From: Candidatus Latescibacterota bacterium
GTDB taxonomy: Bacteria; Latescibacterota; UBA2968; GCA-2709665
Assembly: GCA_965219455.1 (NCBI GenBank)
Contig: OZ244744.1
Coordinates: 2,880,001 to 2,944,000 of the forward strand
Direction of reading: 5' to 3'
Length of the DNA: 64,000 nucleotides
Positions 1 through 8,987 of the stretch are shown one piece after another. The stretch's first letter is position 1, and every line of letters starts with the position of its first letter. Under the pieces are notes generated by a model that was given only the letters and a program-made list of their open reading frames with translations, was not told the origin of the DNA and did not search any database. The position numbers were made by a program, and so were the translations under genes.

Positions 1-2
1 AG

Positions 3-704
3 AGCATCATTCGAAATCTGATCCATGGACTTGGCGTTACCATCGACGGACCGGTGCATATGTCCCGTCCGGAATACCACGGAGGCCTGGAACCTCTCGG
101 ATACAACCACGATCGGGCGTTGGAATTGCTGCAGGCGGCAGGCTGGTTCGATACCGACGGCGACGGCGTTCTGGATCGTGTTGTGGATGGCGTCAAGACC
201 ACATTTGAGTTTGAATTCCTGGCGCCGGCGGGTTATCAAATCAGCAAGGATATCGGCCTGGTCCTGCAGAACGAACTGGCGGAAGTGGGAATCGTCTGCC
301 AGGTGCGCGAAATAGATCGTTCCGTTTTCCTGCAGCGGCTGCGAAGGCGTGACTTCACGGCGTTGTACACGGGCGTGGGAAGCCACCCGGCGCTTCCATT
401 GGATCTCTATTCAAGCTGGCATTCGTCGCAGGTCAAAGAAGGCGCGAATTATTCCTGTTTCGAGAATGAAGAGGCGGACCGGATACTGGAACGGTATCGC
501 CGTACATTTGACGCGGAACGGCGGATTTCACTCTACCAGAGGCTCCAGGAAATTCTGCACGATGAACAGCCGTATACGTTTATTTTTGTAGGGCGGTCGG
601 TAACGGCCTACAGCCGGCGGTTTCGAGGGGTGAACTGGTATCCCTCGGGATGGACGGACTTTCTGGAATGGTGGGTCGAGCCGACGGAGAGGCTCTATCC
701 ATAG
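3..704 (+). CDS. ABC transporter peptide/oligopeptide substrate-binding protein (family 5), 5'-truncated by window edge
   Basis: Frame is open from base 3. C-terminal SBP5 motifs: ALELLQAAGW, LQNELAEVGI, NYSCFENEEADRIL, R..LYQRLQEILHDEQPY. Confidence 0.85.
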   Translation, partial: SIIRNLIHGLGVTIDGPVHMSRPEYHGGLEPLGYNHDRALELLQAAGWFDTDGDGVLDRVVDGVKTTFEFEFLAPAGYQISKDIGLVLQNELAEVGIVCQVREIDRSVFLQRLRRRDFTALYTGVGSHPALPLDLYSSWHSSQVKEGANYSCFENEEADRILERYRRTFDAERRISLYQRLQEILHDEQPYTFIFVGRSVTAYSRRFRGVNWYPSGWTDFLEWWVEPTERLYP

Positions 705-827
705 GGCTTTTCTTCGGCATCGGATAGATGCGACAGCCCCGCACATCTGTTTGCCGAGGATTGGTTTTTCGATACTTTCATGAATGTAAGAGCGGCTATT
801 TGACGGGAAGATTTCCTCGGGTGGGTT

Positions 828-3800
828 ATGGCCGAACTTGATGCCGGAACGGTTGTCGACGGGTATTACGAGATTCTCGCCGCAGTTGGAAGCGGCGGCT
901 TGGGTACCGTCTACCGTGCAAGGGACGTGAAGGATGATTCCACGGTGGCGCTTAAGATGCTGAATATCGTGGAGGAAGAGACCCAACGGCGGTTCCTGAG
1001 AGAGTTCAATATCCTCTCCAGAATCCGGCATCCCAGGATTGTCCGTTCCCACAGGTGGGGATTGTTTTCGGGGAAGCCGTATTTTTCCATGGATTATATC
1101 TCCGGACGTCCACTTTCCGATTTGATCGCCTGCGCGGACGACCTCGAGAGAGTGAGAACAGCGTGGCTCCACCCACTTATCCGGCAGATCGGAGAGGGGC
1201 TGGCGTATATCCATGAACAGGGTGTGGTACACCGGGACCTGAAACCTTCCAATATTATGATTTCCGAGGTTGAAGGCGAACCCGAGGTTACCGTTCTGGA
1301 CCTGGGCCTGGCTCGGTTTCGAGAGTCGAGGGACCAACGCGTGACGCCGCCGGGCAGACCGACCGGGACCGTGGAGTACATGTCCCCCGAACAGATCCGC
1401 GCACGGCGGACCGATCAGCGATCCGACCTGTATTCGCTGGGTGTCATCCTGTACGAGATTCTCACCGGTAAACCGCCGTTCACGGGCGAAAATCCCGCGT
1501 CGGTGATGTTCCAGCATTTGAGAGACCTGCCCCGTCCGCCGCGCCTGATTACGGGCGGAGCGCCCACCCGCATCGAAGAATCCGTTATGAAACTGCTGGA
1601 AAAGGAGCCGATTGACCGCTACAGTTCGGTGGAAAGCCTGTTGCATGATCTATCTGACCGGGTAGAAGGAGCGTTCGATGAGGAGCACCGCGACGCTCCT
1701 GTCTCGATACCGACTGCCCAGGAGACCGGTGACGCTCCCATTTCGATGCCACACGCTCCCGTTCTGCAGCCCCAATTTCAGGGTCGAGACCGTGAGATGA
1801 AGGCTCTCCGGGAGATATTGAGGGAATCCGTGGATGGGGTGGGGCGGATGGTCTTGATAAGCGGAGTGGCCGGTATCGGCAAATCCCAGGTCCTGGAGGA
1901 GTTTCAGGCCGATGCATGCGTTCACGGAATGCGCGTACAAACAGGACGTTGTTACGAGAGCGGGGGCCCCGCCTTTGGCCCATTCCTGGAAATGCTGCGG
2001 GATATCGCGGAACAGCCGGGTGTTCGGGGTTCAGACCTGGAAGCATCCGTCAGGCGAGTTCTAACGCAAATTGAACGGCCGGCGCCCGCCGATCAGCCGG
2101 ATCCGTACCCGGCTATGGAGACTTTGTCGGAGCTTCTCGGCGACCTGAGCCGGGAAACGCCAACTCTCGTCTGCGTTGAAGACCTGCAGTGGGCCGACGA
2201 CGTGACCCTGCGGTTCCTGGACTTTATGAGGAGAGATCCGGATCCAATGGCCTTCGTCTTCGGGCTTGCCTGCCGCAAGGTGGACGAAGACCCGCTCCCC
2301 CCGGGAATTGACGACTTGACAAAAGGGCCGGATGTACCCGGCGTTGTACATTTGCAACTCGAGCCCCTCGAAATGGAGGAAACAGGGAATTTGGCAGCGT
2401 CCCTGCTTGGCGAGAAGGCGGTGCCGGAGGAGGAAGCTCGAAGGATTTTCCGAGAGACCGGGGGAAATCCTCTATTTGTCGTCGAACTGATCCGCGGTTC
2501 GGTTGAAGAAGGCTTAATTTGGAGGGATTCGGCTGGCGGCTGGAGATGGCCGGAATCCAGGGAATGGCCGATGCCTTCGGGCATTATGCAGGCCATTGAG
2601 TTGCGCCTCGGACGGCTGCGGTCGGCCCAAAGGCAGGCGCTGGAATATGCCTCGATCTTTCGCGGTGCGTTTTCATTCGCCCTGATTTCGCAGGTCTGGC
2701 GCGAAGACGAACTGCAGTTGCTGGAGACCCTGGAGGGGCACGTCCGCCTGGGTCTCCTGAAAGACCTGCAAGACCGCGAGGGACGGTATCGGTTTTCACA
2801 TGGACTGATCCAACGGGCGGTTTATGAAGGCATAACCGAAAACAGACGTACGTTGCTTCACCAGGAGGCAGGCAGGGCCCTGGAGCCTCGGTTCGAGTCC
2901 GGCGGCACGGAGACTCTGAATGAACTGACCTTTCATTTCTCCAGATCGAACGACCTGGAAAAAGCGGTGCGGTACGTGTCGGCATCGGGCCGCCTGGCGT
3001 TGCGGATGTGTGACTTCTCTCGCGCCCTGGAGCAGTTCGAAGCGATTATCGAAAAAGGCGCGTTCTCGTCCGATGCGCAGGGCGGCATTTCCCGCGGGTC
3101 GGTGGCGCACCTGGATTTTCTCTGCGCCTACGCCGAGGCGCTTTCCGGTTGTGACAGGTATAAAGAGGCGCGACGCGAGTTGGATCAGGTCATGGAGTTG
3201 GTGTCTGACGATACACCGGCGCAGAGGGCGTGCGCGTTGAGGATGATGGGAATAAACCACATCCATTTCGGGGATTATCAGGTGGCCGAATCCGTGTTAT
3301 CGGAGGCCCTGGAAATCTTCCGATTATTGGGCGACGACGAGTATGAACTGAATGTCCTGGGATTATTGTCGAATCTCTACTTTGTGCTGAACGATATGAA
3401 AACGGCTGCGAGATATTGTCAATCAGCTGCTGAAAAATGCCGCGAATTGGGAGGGGACGTCAATGAGGCGCGTGCCTTGAATTATCTTGCGTTTGCGGCA
3501 CAGTTTACGTATCGGAATGAAAGAGCCAAGACGCTCCTCGAGTCGTCATTAGATCTGATGGATAGGGGAGGCGACCGAGTCTATCGCCATAGCAGTCTTC
3601 TCCTGTTGGGACGTGTAGAAAGCCGACTGGGGAATTTCGAACGTGCGAAGGAGATTTTCCAGGAACTTCGAGACTTCTGGGCCAGGCGAGGTTCGAAGTC
3701 TTCGGAGGCCGGAGCACATCATCGATTGGGCTGGATCGCCCTGGAACAGGGAGACACCGGCAGTGCGGAGACGCATGCTCGATATGCGGAGCGCCTTTTG

Positions 3801-5753
3801 TCGGATGGAGCGCGACAAGATCAGATGTACAGGGCCTACGGATTGCTGGCCGAGACGCTGGCGGAAACCGCCCGCGTTGAAGAGGCACTTTCCTGGGCCG
3901 AACGGGCCTGGCCGGGCGTGGAGTACGGCGGGAATGTCCGCGCCATTGCATGGACTGCGAAGGCAAAATCGCTTGCCGCGGCCGGCCGGCATGACGAAGT
4001 CGATTCCCTGTTCGAACATGCATCGGAAGTCCAGGGTTCGCCGGACGGTTTGGAACAGATAAATCTGTTGGTTGTAGCGGGTGCGTACTATCTGGAGCGG
4101 CGGCGCCTTGCCGATGCCCGGCGGTACCTGGAAAACGCCCGCGAGGCTGCCGAACGGCTGAATCTGCGCTATTATGCCGGGAAGGCGGCGGCTCTTCTGG
4201 AGCGGGTTACTGAGGAAGCTGAAATGGCGTTGCCCGCAAAGGAGATGGTTCCAGCGCTTTCCGAGGAGCACCTTCTGACGCTTTACGAGGCTTCCGAGGA
4301 CTTGACCTCGGTCCTGGACCTGAACGTGCTTCTGGATCGGATTCTGGACCGCTTGAAAAAGGTGAGCCGGGCCGAACGCGTACTGATTGCTCTCAAAGAT
4401 GAGGCGGCCGTTCACGTCGAGGTCGCGCGCAAGCACAATTTGGATGACATAGCGACGCAGAAGATCAGCCAGGGTATCATCAAGTGGACGATGGAGCGAA
4501 ACGAGCCCGTATTGAGCCTTGATGCCCGCGTAGACGAACGTTTCAGGCAACGGGCGAGTGTAGTTGCTTACGGCATCCGCTCGGTGCTCTGCGTTCCTCT
4601 ACGTCATGCGGAATCAGGCGTTATCGGCGCGCTCTATATGGATCACAGACAGCTCGAGGATCTATTCACCGAGAAAGACAGGGCACTTTTGTCGGCATTT
4701 GGGAACCTGGTGTCCATTGCGGTTGTCAACGCCCGGATGTTTTCTCAGGTCAGGGAGCGTGCGCTTTTTTTGCAGAGCGAATTTGAGGGCGGTACCCGTT
4801 TGGGAGAATTGGTAGGCCAGAGCCGGGTGATGCAGGATGTGTTCAAACTGGTCGAGGTCGCGGCGGAGAGCGACATGACCGCGCTGATTCAGGGTGAAAC
4901 CGGAACGGGCAAGGAACTGGCTGCCCGGGCCATCCACGCCCGGAGCAAACGCGAAACCCACTCCTTTCTGTCCGCCAACTGTGCCGCAATGACCCACGAA
5001 TTGCTTCAGAGCGAACTGTTCGGCCACAAGAAGGGCGCATTTACCGGGGCGTCATCCGACCGAAAGGGTTTGTTCCTTTCCGCTGACGGGGGCACGGTTT
5101 TCCTGGACGAGGTTGGCAATGCCTCGCCGCGTTTGCAATCGAGCCTGTTGCGCGTGCTCCAGGACGGCGAGATCCAGCGGGTGGGTGAGGCGGATGCGCG
5201 CAACGTGGACGTGCGTGTGATCGCGGCGACGAATCGCGACCTGGAAGCCGACGTGCGCAACGGTTTGTTTCGCGAGGATCTATACTACAGGCTGCGGGTG
5301 TTGCAAATCGAAATGCCTCCGCTGCGCCGCCACGTTGAGGACATTCCGTTGTTATGTGAACACATTCTAAAACGGCTGTGTGCGGATCAGAAGAAGGCGG
5401 TTCCGGGTTTTACAGTGGCTGCCATGCGGGCGTTGATGGATCACGGGTGGCCCGGCAACGTACGGGAACTCGAGAACGAGATCAGGCGGGCGGTTGCCCT
5501 GGTGGAGGAAGGCAAAGAGGTCTCCGCCGATTTGTTCTCGGAGAAGATCGGGCTGCCCCGGCAACTCGGGTCCGGAGAGCGAAGTTATTTCAAGTCCCGC
5601 GTTGCGTCACTCGAGAGGCGGATGATCGTAGAAGCGCTCGATCAGTGCGGTGGCAATATCTCCCGCGCAGCACGTCAACTTGGGTTGAGTCGAAACGGGC
5701 TTCAAAAGATGATGAGCCGGTACGGCCTGAGGAACGATACGAATTCCGAATAA
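828..5753 (+). CDS. Multidomain sigma54-dependent activator: Ser/Thr kinase + STAND (AAA_16-like) ATPase + TPR + GAF + sigma54 AAA+ + Fis-type HTH
   Basis: Kinase: GSGGLGTVY, VALK, HRDLKPSN, DLG, GTVEYMSPE. STAND: Walker A GVAGIGKS, Walker B VEDLQWAD, GGNPLF. GAF: IRSVLCVPL. bEBP: GETGTGKE, GAFTGA, FLDEV, FREDLYYRL, WPGNVREL. HTH: GNISRAARQLGLSRNGL. Confidence 0.93.
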   Translation: MAELDAGTVVDGYYEILAAVGSGGLGTVYRARDVKDDSTVALKMLNIVEEETQRRFLREFNILSRIRHPRIVRSHRWGLFSGKPYFSMDYISGRPLSDLIACADDLERVRTAWLHPLIRQIGEGLAYIHEQGVVHRDLKPSNIMISEVEGEPEVTVLDLGLARFRESRDQRVTPPGRPTGTVEYMSPEQIRARRTDQRSDLYSLGVILYEILTGKPPFTGENPASVMFQHLRDLPRPPRLITGGAPTRIEESVMKLLEKEPIDRYSSVESLLHDLSDRVEGAFDEEHRDAPVSIPTAQETGDAPISMPHAPVLQPQFQGRDREMKALREILRESVDGVGRMVLISGVAGIGKSQVLEEFQADACVHGMRVQTGRCYESGGPAFGPFLEMLRDIAEQPGVRGSDLEASVRRVLTQIERPAPADQPDPYPAMETLSELLGDLSRETPTLVCVEDLQWADDVTLRFLDFMRRDPDPMAFVFGLACRKVDEDPLPPGIDDLTKGPDVPGVVHLQLEPLEMEETGNLAASLLGEKAVPEEEARRIFRETGGNPLFVVELIRGSVEEGLIWRDSAGGWRWPESREWPMPSGIMQAIELRLGRLRSAQRQALEYASIFRGAFSFALISQVWREDELQLLETLEGHVRLGLLKDLQDREGRYRFSHGLIQRAVYEGITENRRTLLHQEAGRALEPRFESGGTETLNELTFHFSRSNDLEKAVRYVSASGRLALRMCDFSRALEQFEAIIEKGAFSSDAQGGISRGSVAHLDFLCAYAEALSGCDRYKEARRELDQVMELVSDDTPAQRACALRMMGINHIHFGDYQVAESVLSEALEIFRLLGDDEYELNVLGLLSNLYFVLNDMKTAARYCQSAAEKCRELGGDVNEARALNYLAFAAQFTYRNERAKTLLESSLDLMDRGGDRVYRHSSLLLLGRVESRLGNFERAKEIFQELRDFWARRGSKSSEAGAHHRLGWIALEQGDTGSAETHARYAERLLSDGARQDQMYRAYGLLAETLAETARVEEALSWAERAWPGVEYGGNVRAIAWTAKAKSLAAAGRHDEVDSLFEHASEVQGSPDGLEQINLLVVAGAYYLERRRLADARRYLENAREAAERLNLRYYAGKAAALLERVTEEAEMALPAKEMVPALSEEHLLTLYEASEDLTSVLDLNVLLDRILDRLKKVSRAERVLIALKDEAAVHVEVARKHNLDDIATQKISQGIIKWTMERNEPVLSLDARVDERFRQRASVVAYGIRSVLCVPLRHAESGVIGALYMDHRQLEDLFTEKDRALLSAFGNLVSIAVVNARMFSQVRERALFLQSEFEGGTRLGELVGQSRVMQDVFKLVEVAAESDMTALIQGETGTGKELAARAIHARSKRETHSFLSANCAAMTHELLQSELFGHKKGAFTGASSDRKGLFLSADGGTVFLDEVGNASPRLQSSLLRVLQDGEIQRVGEADARNVDVRVIAATNRDLEADVRNGLFREDLYYRLRVLQIEMPPLRRHVEDIPLLCEHILKRLCADQKKAVPGFTVAAMRALMDHGWPGNVRELENEIRRAVALVEEGKEVSADLFSEKIGLPRQLGSGERSYFKSRVASLERRMIVEALDQCGGNISRAARQLGLSRNGLQKMMSRYGLRNDTNSE

Positions 5754-5761
5754 GGGCGATA

Positions 5762-5778
5762 TGTATACATTGTATACA
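5762..5778. promoter_or_regulatory. Candidate upstream activator site 1 (TGTATACA-T-TGTATACA)
   Basis: Palindrome with the same core as the 5875-5911 site, in an AT-rich spacer ~230 bp upstream of the sigma54 promoter. Confidence 0.55.
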
Positions 5779-5874
5779 AATATCCACGCGATTCCGTAGA
5801 CAATGTATCGTATATTATAACGATTTATTATTTAGATATTTATGTCGGAAAATTTCAACAAGCGAGACATCGAT

Positions 5875-5911
5875 AATATTTGGATGTATACAATGTATAC
5901 ATCCAAATATT
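5875..5911. promoter_or_regulatory. Candidate upstream activator site 2: perfect 18-bp-arm inverted repeat
   Basis: AATATTTGGATGTATACA-A-TGTATACATCCAAATATT, ~95-130 bp upstream of the -24 element, a typical bEBP enhancer distance. Confidence 0.65.
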
Positions 5912-6004
5912 GAACGCTCTGTAGTAGCGTGAAAATTAAAGTTATAAGATAATGTTTTTATTTCGCTTGTGCGTAAACGCACGGGCGATTTTTGTTTTGT
6001 TGTC

Positions 6005-6020
6005 TGGTACGAAGATTGCA
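6005..6020 (+). promoter_or_regulatory. sigma54 (RpoN) -24/-12 promoter
   Basis: TGGTAC-GAAGA-TTGCA: GG-N10-GC spacing, matches TGGCAC-N5-TTGC at all but one base, directly downstream of a bEBP gene. Confidence 0.8.
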
Positions 6021-6124
6021 AAGGGTGGAGACGGCGGAGCGACCACACACCCTGGAAAGAATTCAAAAGGACCCGGCCCCCCGGAGCGGCTGTGGGAAAC
6101 AGGGCACGCCAATCCGGGAACTCG

Positions 6125-6319
6125 TTTCAGATTTATTGAACCCGCCCGGCCTGGCCTGTGTCTTTTGTACCGGCAGAGACGAATGCAGGTATCCGGTTTC
6201 GAAGCATTGGTAAACCGGAGACGCCATCTGTTCCGATGTAGTCGCAGGGGTTGTTGTTTCGCGCACAGGATATCCAAACGCACGGGCTGTCTTGTAGGAT
6301 TCATCCGGGAGGGTTCAAT
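6125..6319 (+). repeat. ~195-bp leader duplicated at 24102-24297
   Basis: Closely similar non-coding sequence (TTTCAGATTTATTGAACCCGCCCGGCC...GGGAGGGTTCAAT) precedes both GWxTD paralogues A1 and A2. Confidence 0.85.
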
Positions 6320-8803
6320 ATGAATTGGTTCAAGCTCTGCGCGATTATCGTGACCGCAATTTTTTTCTCCTTAGGCGAAAGTTCGGCCAGAGGACTATCT
6401 GCACAGGATATCTCACAGGTCGATAGCTCTTATACAACCGGGATGGCCTATCTCGAAACAGGGGAACACGAGAATGCCGAACGCTGTTTTCAAGCGGCGC
6501 TGGAGATCAACCCGAAACATGCTCCGTCTTACGCCGGGCTGGGCAATGTCTACCTGAATCGAGGTGATCTGAAGCAGGCTGAGAAAGCCTTCCGAATAGC
6601 TTTGCGCAAGGACAAGGATTATGCACCCGCCTTGAACGGATTGGGTTTAGTTTTTCGGAATACGGACAAAATGCTGGATTGGGCAATCAAGTATTTTCGA
6701 AGTGCGTCTCAGGCGGACCGCCAGTATGCGGAAGCGTACTATAACCTCGCCCAAACGTATCGTGAGATTGGCGATACGAAGGAATTGGATACGTACAAGA
6801 AACTGGCTAAGTTGGACCCCGACCATTTCGATGTCTGGTTCCAGATTGGGAGAATATACAAGAGTAGAGGCGTGGGTCGGGTCCAAAATTCGCAAAAAGC
6901 GGAGGCAGCATTTCGGAGGCAACTGAATATTAATCGACACCATTTTGGTGCGCAATTACAACTAGCGCAGTTGTTGAAGGAATCAGGACGGACGGATGAA
7001 GCGGTGTTAATGCTCAAAGCCGTTGTCGATACCCCGAATGCCCACCAGCGCCTTGCGTTTCTGGAACTGGCTGAGGTATATCAGCGCACCCGTGACCACG
7101 ACCGGTTAGAAGCCCTACTAGACGAATATTTAGAGGATCTGCCACCTAACGAGCAGACGGTGTATTATGATTTGAGCCTCGTAGTGATCGGGAACGACCT
7201 GACTCATTTCCAGGCGGTGCCCGAGAACGAGCGCAAGGCGCAATCTGAATCTTTCTGGGCGAGCCGCGACCCGGCTCCGGTGACGGTAGCCAATGAACGA
7301 TGGATTGAGCACTGCCGGCGGGTGGCGTATGCACGCGAGAATTTCGGCAAATACATATTTCCGTGGGATGATCGTGGAGCCGTGTACGTGCGCTACGGCG
7401 AGCCAGATCACTCGAGCCGTTCGGATGACATACGTTTCGAAACGGACGCCAGGACTCTGGAAGTAAAGGAAAAGCTCGTCCGAGGGGCGGGCGTGGGGAT
7501 TGTCGGCTTAGTGAGAAGCAGAGATGTACAGTTGCATGAATATGACTTAAACCTAGGTGAAGGGGATGCCTCGGTTGTGACCTTGGGACCCATTAGTTCA
7601 ATGCTTAGAGAGCTCAGCGAGACAGGTAAGTATCGCACAACTGATTCCGAAAAGGATGGTAAACGGAAGGGTCCGATTGGTGTTGGCGTGTCGCGTAATG
7701 CGGACACGGCGATGAAGTCGGCTACCGTTCTGGGATGGCCTGTCTATCCCGTTACGGGCAAGGTTTGGGAATATTGGATTTATGCAGACGTGGGACCCGG
7801 GATCGAAATTACGTTTACACAACCGTTTTTTCCTGGACCATACGGCTATGCGGATATGCCACTGGGTATAGGGGGTGACAGTGACGTCGTGCGGAATTGG
7901 CAACAAATGAACCCACACGTCGTCATTGACCGGGTTAAGGCGTCAACGCCGTCGACCTACCGCCCGGACTTTGCATCAGAACCGTTGGAGTTTTTCTTCG
8001 CTTCGGCGCAATTCAAGGGACTGGACGGCAGTACTGACATAGAGATTTATTATGGTGTCCCGGTTGCAGAAATGAACTTTCTAGAATCGCGAAGTGGAGA
8101 TCCTACTGCATATCTCAAGCGTGGTGTCGCACTCGTGGACCGCGAATTTGGGCAGGTATATCGGTCCGTTGAAGAGATGGCATATTCTTCAAAGGGATTT
8201 TTAGATACCACGAAAATAGCATTCGTTCCCGAGCTTGATCGGCTTTCCTTGTCGCCGGGTACGTACCAGATGAGAGTGCAGATTCGCGATGAGTCTTCCC
8301 ATAAGTCACAGGTTTACAGACAACAGGTGACGCTTTCATCGTACGAGGGCGACGATCTACGGTTGAGCGATATTCAAATGGCGGCATCTATTCGCCAAAT
8401 CAAGGGCAGTAAATTCGACAAGCACGGATTGGAAGTCGTGCCCAATCCCAGCTTGGCCTACCTGCCCGGGCGGCCAGTGTTTATATACTACGAGGTATAC
8501 AACCTGAAGAAGGACGAATTCGGAAGGTCAAAATACCGGGTATCGTACGAATTGCGATCGCTACAAGAGGGGAATTTGGCAGTGAGGATACTAACCGCAC
8601 TCGGGAGGTTGGTTGGCGTCCACCGAGAGTCGGAGGTTGTGACGGTGGAATACGCACATGAGGGAGACAAAGTCGACGACTACGTATACTTGGAATTGGA
8701 TTTGTCGAATACGGAACCAGGGAGGCAGTTAGTCAAAATAACGGTTATGGATGACAATTCCGGCCAGACCTCGGCGTCTACAGCGACGTTCACGATCCAA
8801 TAG
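6320..8803 (+). CDS. TPR + GWxTD-domain exported protein, subfamily A (A1)
   Basis: RBS GGAGGG then ATG 6320; signal peptide; TPRs; FWASRDP..NE..EHCRRVAYA..F..PWDDRGAVYVRYGEPD; C-terminal beta-sandwich with PNPS..PVFIYYEVYNL. Confidence 0.85.
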   Translation: MNWFKLCAIIVTAIFFSLGESSARGLSAQDISQVDSSYTTGMAYLETGEHENAERCFQAALEINPKHAPSYAGLGNVYLNRGDLKQAEKAFRIALRKDKDYAPALNGLGLVFRNTDKMLDWAIKYFRSASQADRQYAEAYYNLAQTYREIGDTKELDTYKKLAKLDPDHFDVWFQIGRIYKSRGVGRVQNSQKAEAAFRRQLNINRHHFGAQLQLAQLLKESGRTDEAVLMLKAVVDTPNAHQRLAFLELAEVYQRTRDHDRLEALLDEYLEDLPPNEQTVYYDLSLVVIGNDLTHFQAVPENERKAQSESFWASRDPAPVTVANERWIEHCRRVAYARENFGKYIFPWDDRGAVYVRYGEPDHSSRSDDIRFETDARTLEVKEKLVRGAGVGIVGLVRSRDVQLHEYDLNLGEGDASVVTLGPISSMLRELSETGKYRTTDSEKDGKRKGPIGVGVSRNADTAMKSATVLGWPVYPVTGKVWEYWIYADVGPGIEITFTQPFFPGPYGYADMPLGIGGDSDVVRNWQQMNPHVVIDRVKASTPSTYRPDFASEPLEFFFASAQFKGLDGSTDIEIYYGVPVAEMNFLESRSGDPTAYLKRGVALVDREFGQVYRSVEEMAYSSKGFLDTTKIAFVPELDRLSLSPGTYQMRVQIRDESSHKSQVYRQQVTLSSYEGDDLRLSDIQMAASIRQIKGSKFDKHGLEVVPNPSLAYLPGRPVFIYYEVYNLKKDEFGRSKYRVSYELRSLQEGNLAVRILTALGRLVGVHRESEVVTVEYAHEGDKVDDYVYLELDLSNTEPGRQLVKITVMDDNSGQTSASTATFTIQ

Positions 8804-8987
8804 AACTCAGTTCCGGGTATATTTCTGCAACGGAATGAATAACGGTCCAGCTGATTGGTCCTGTTAGTGCTTGGCGCACGTACAGATCCTAACGAATTTG
8901 ACGGGACAAACACGGCGGCCAAGGGCATTCCAGATCAAGCATCAGTAGTATTCAGATACCCACGACGGGAGCTTGAGGGGTCTTGAA

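Noticed and set aside
6030-6125. c-di-GMP riboswitch in the leader (GGAAAC..GGGCAC)
   Set aside because: The motifs are adjacent without the required intervening stems or downstream elements.
5992-6213. Cys-containing leader peptide ORF, partly repeated near 24100-24190
   Set aside because: No good RBS/start downstream of the promoter, and differences between the copies are mostly non-synonymous.
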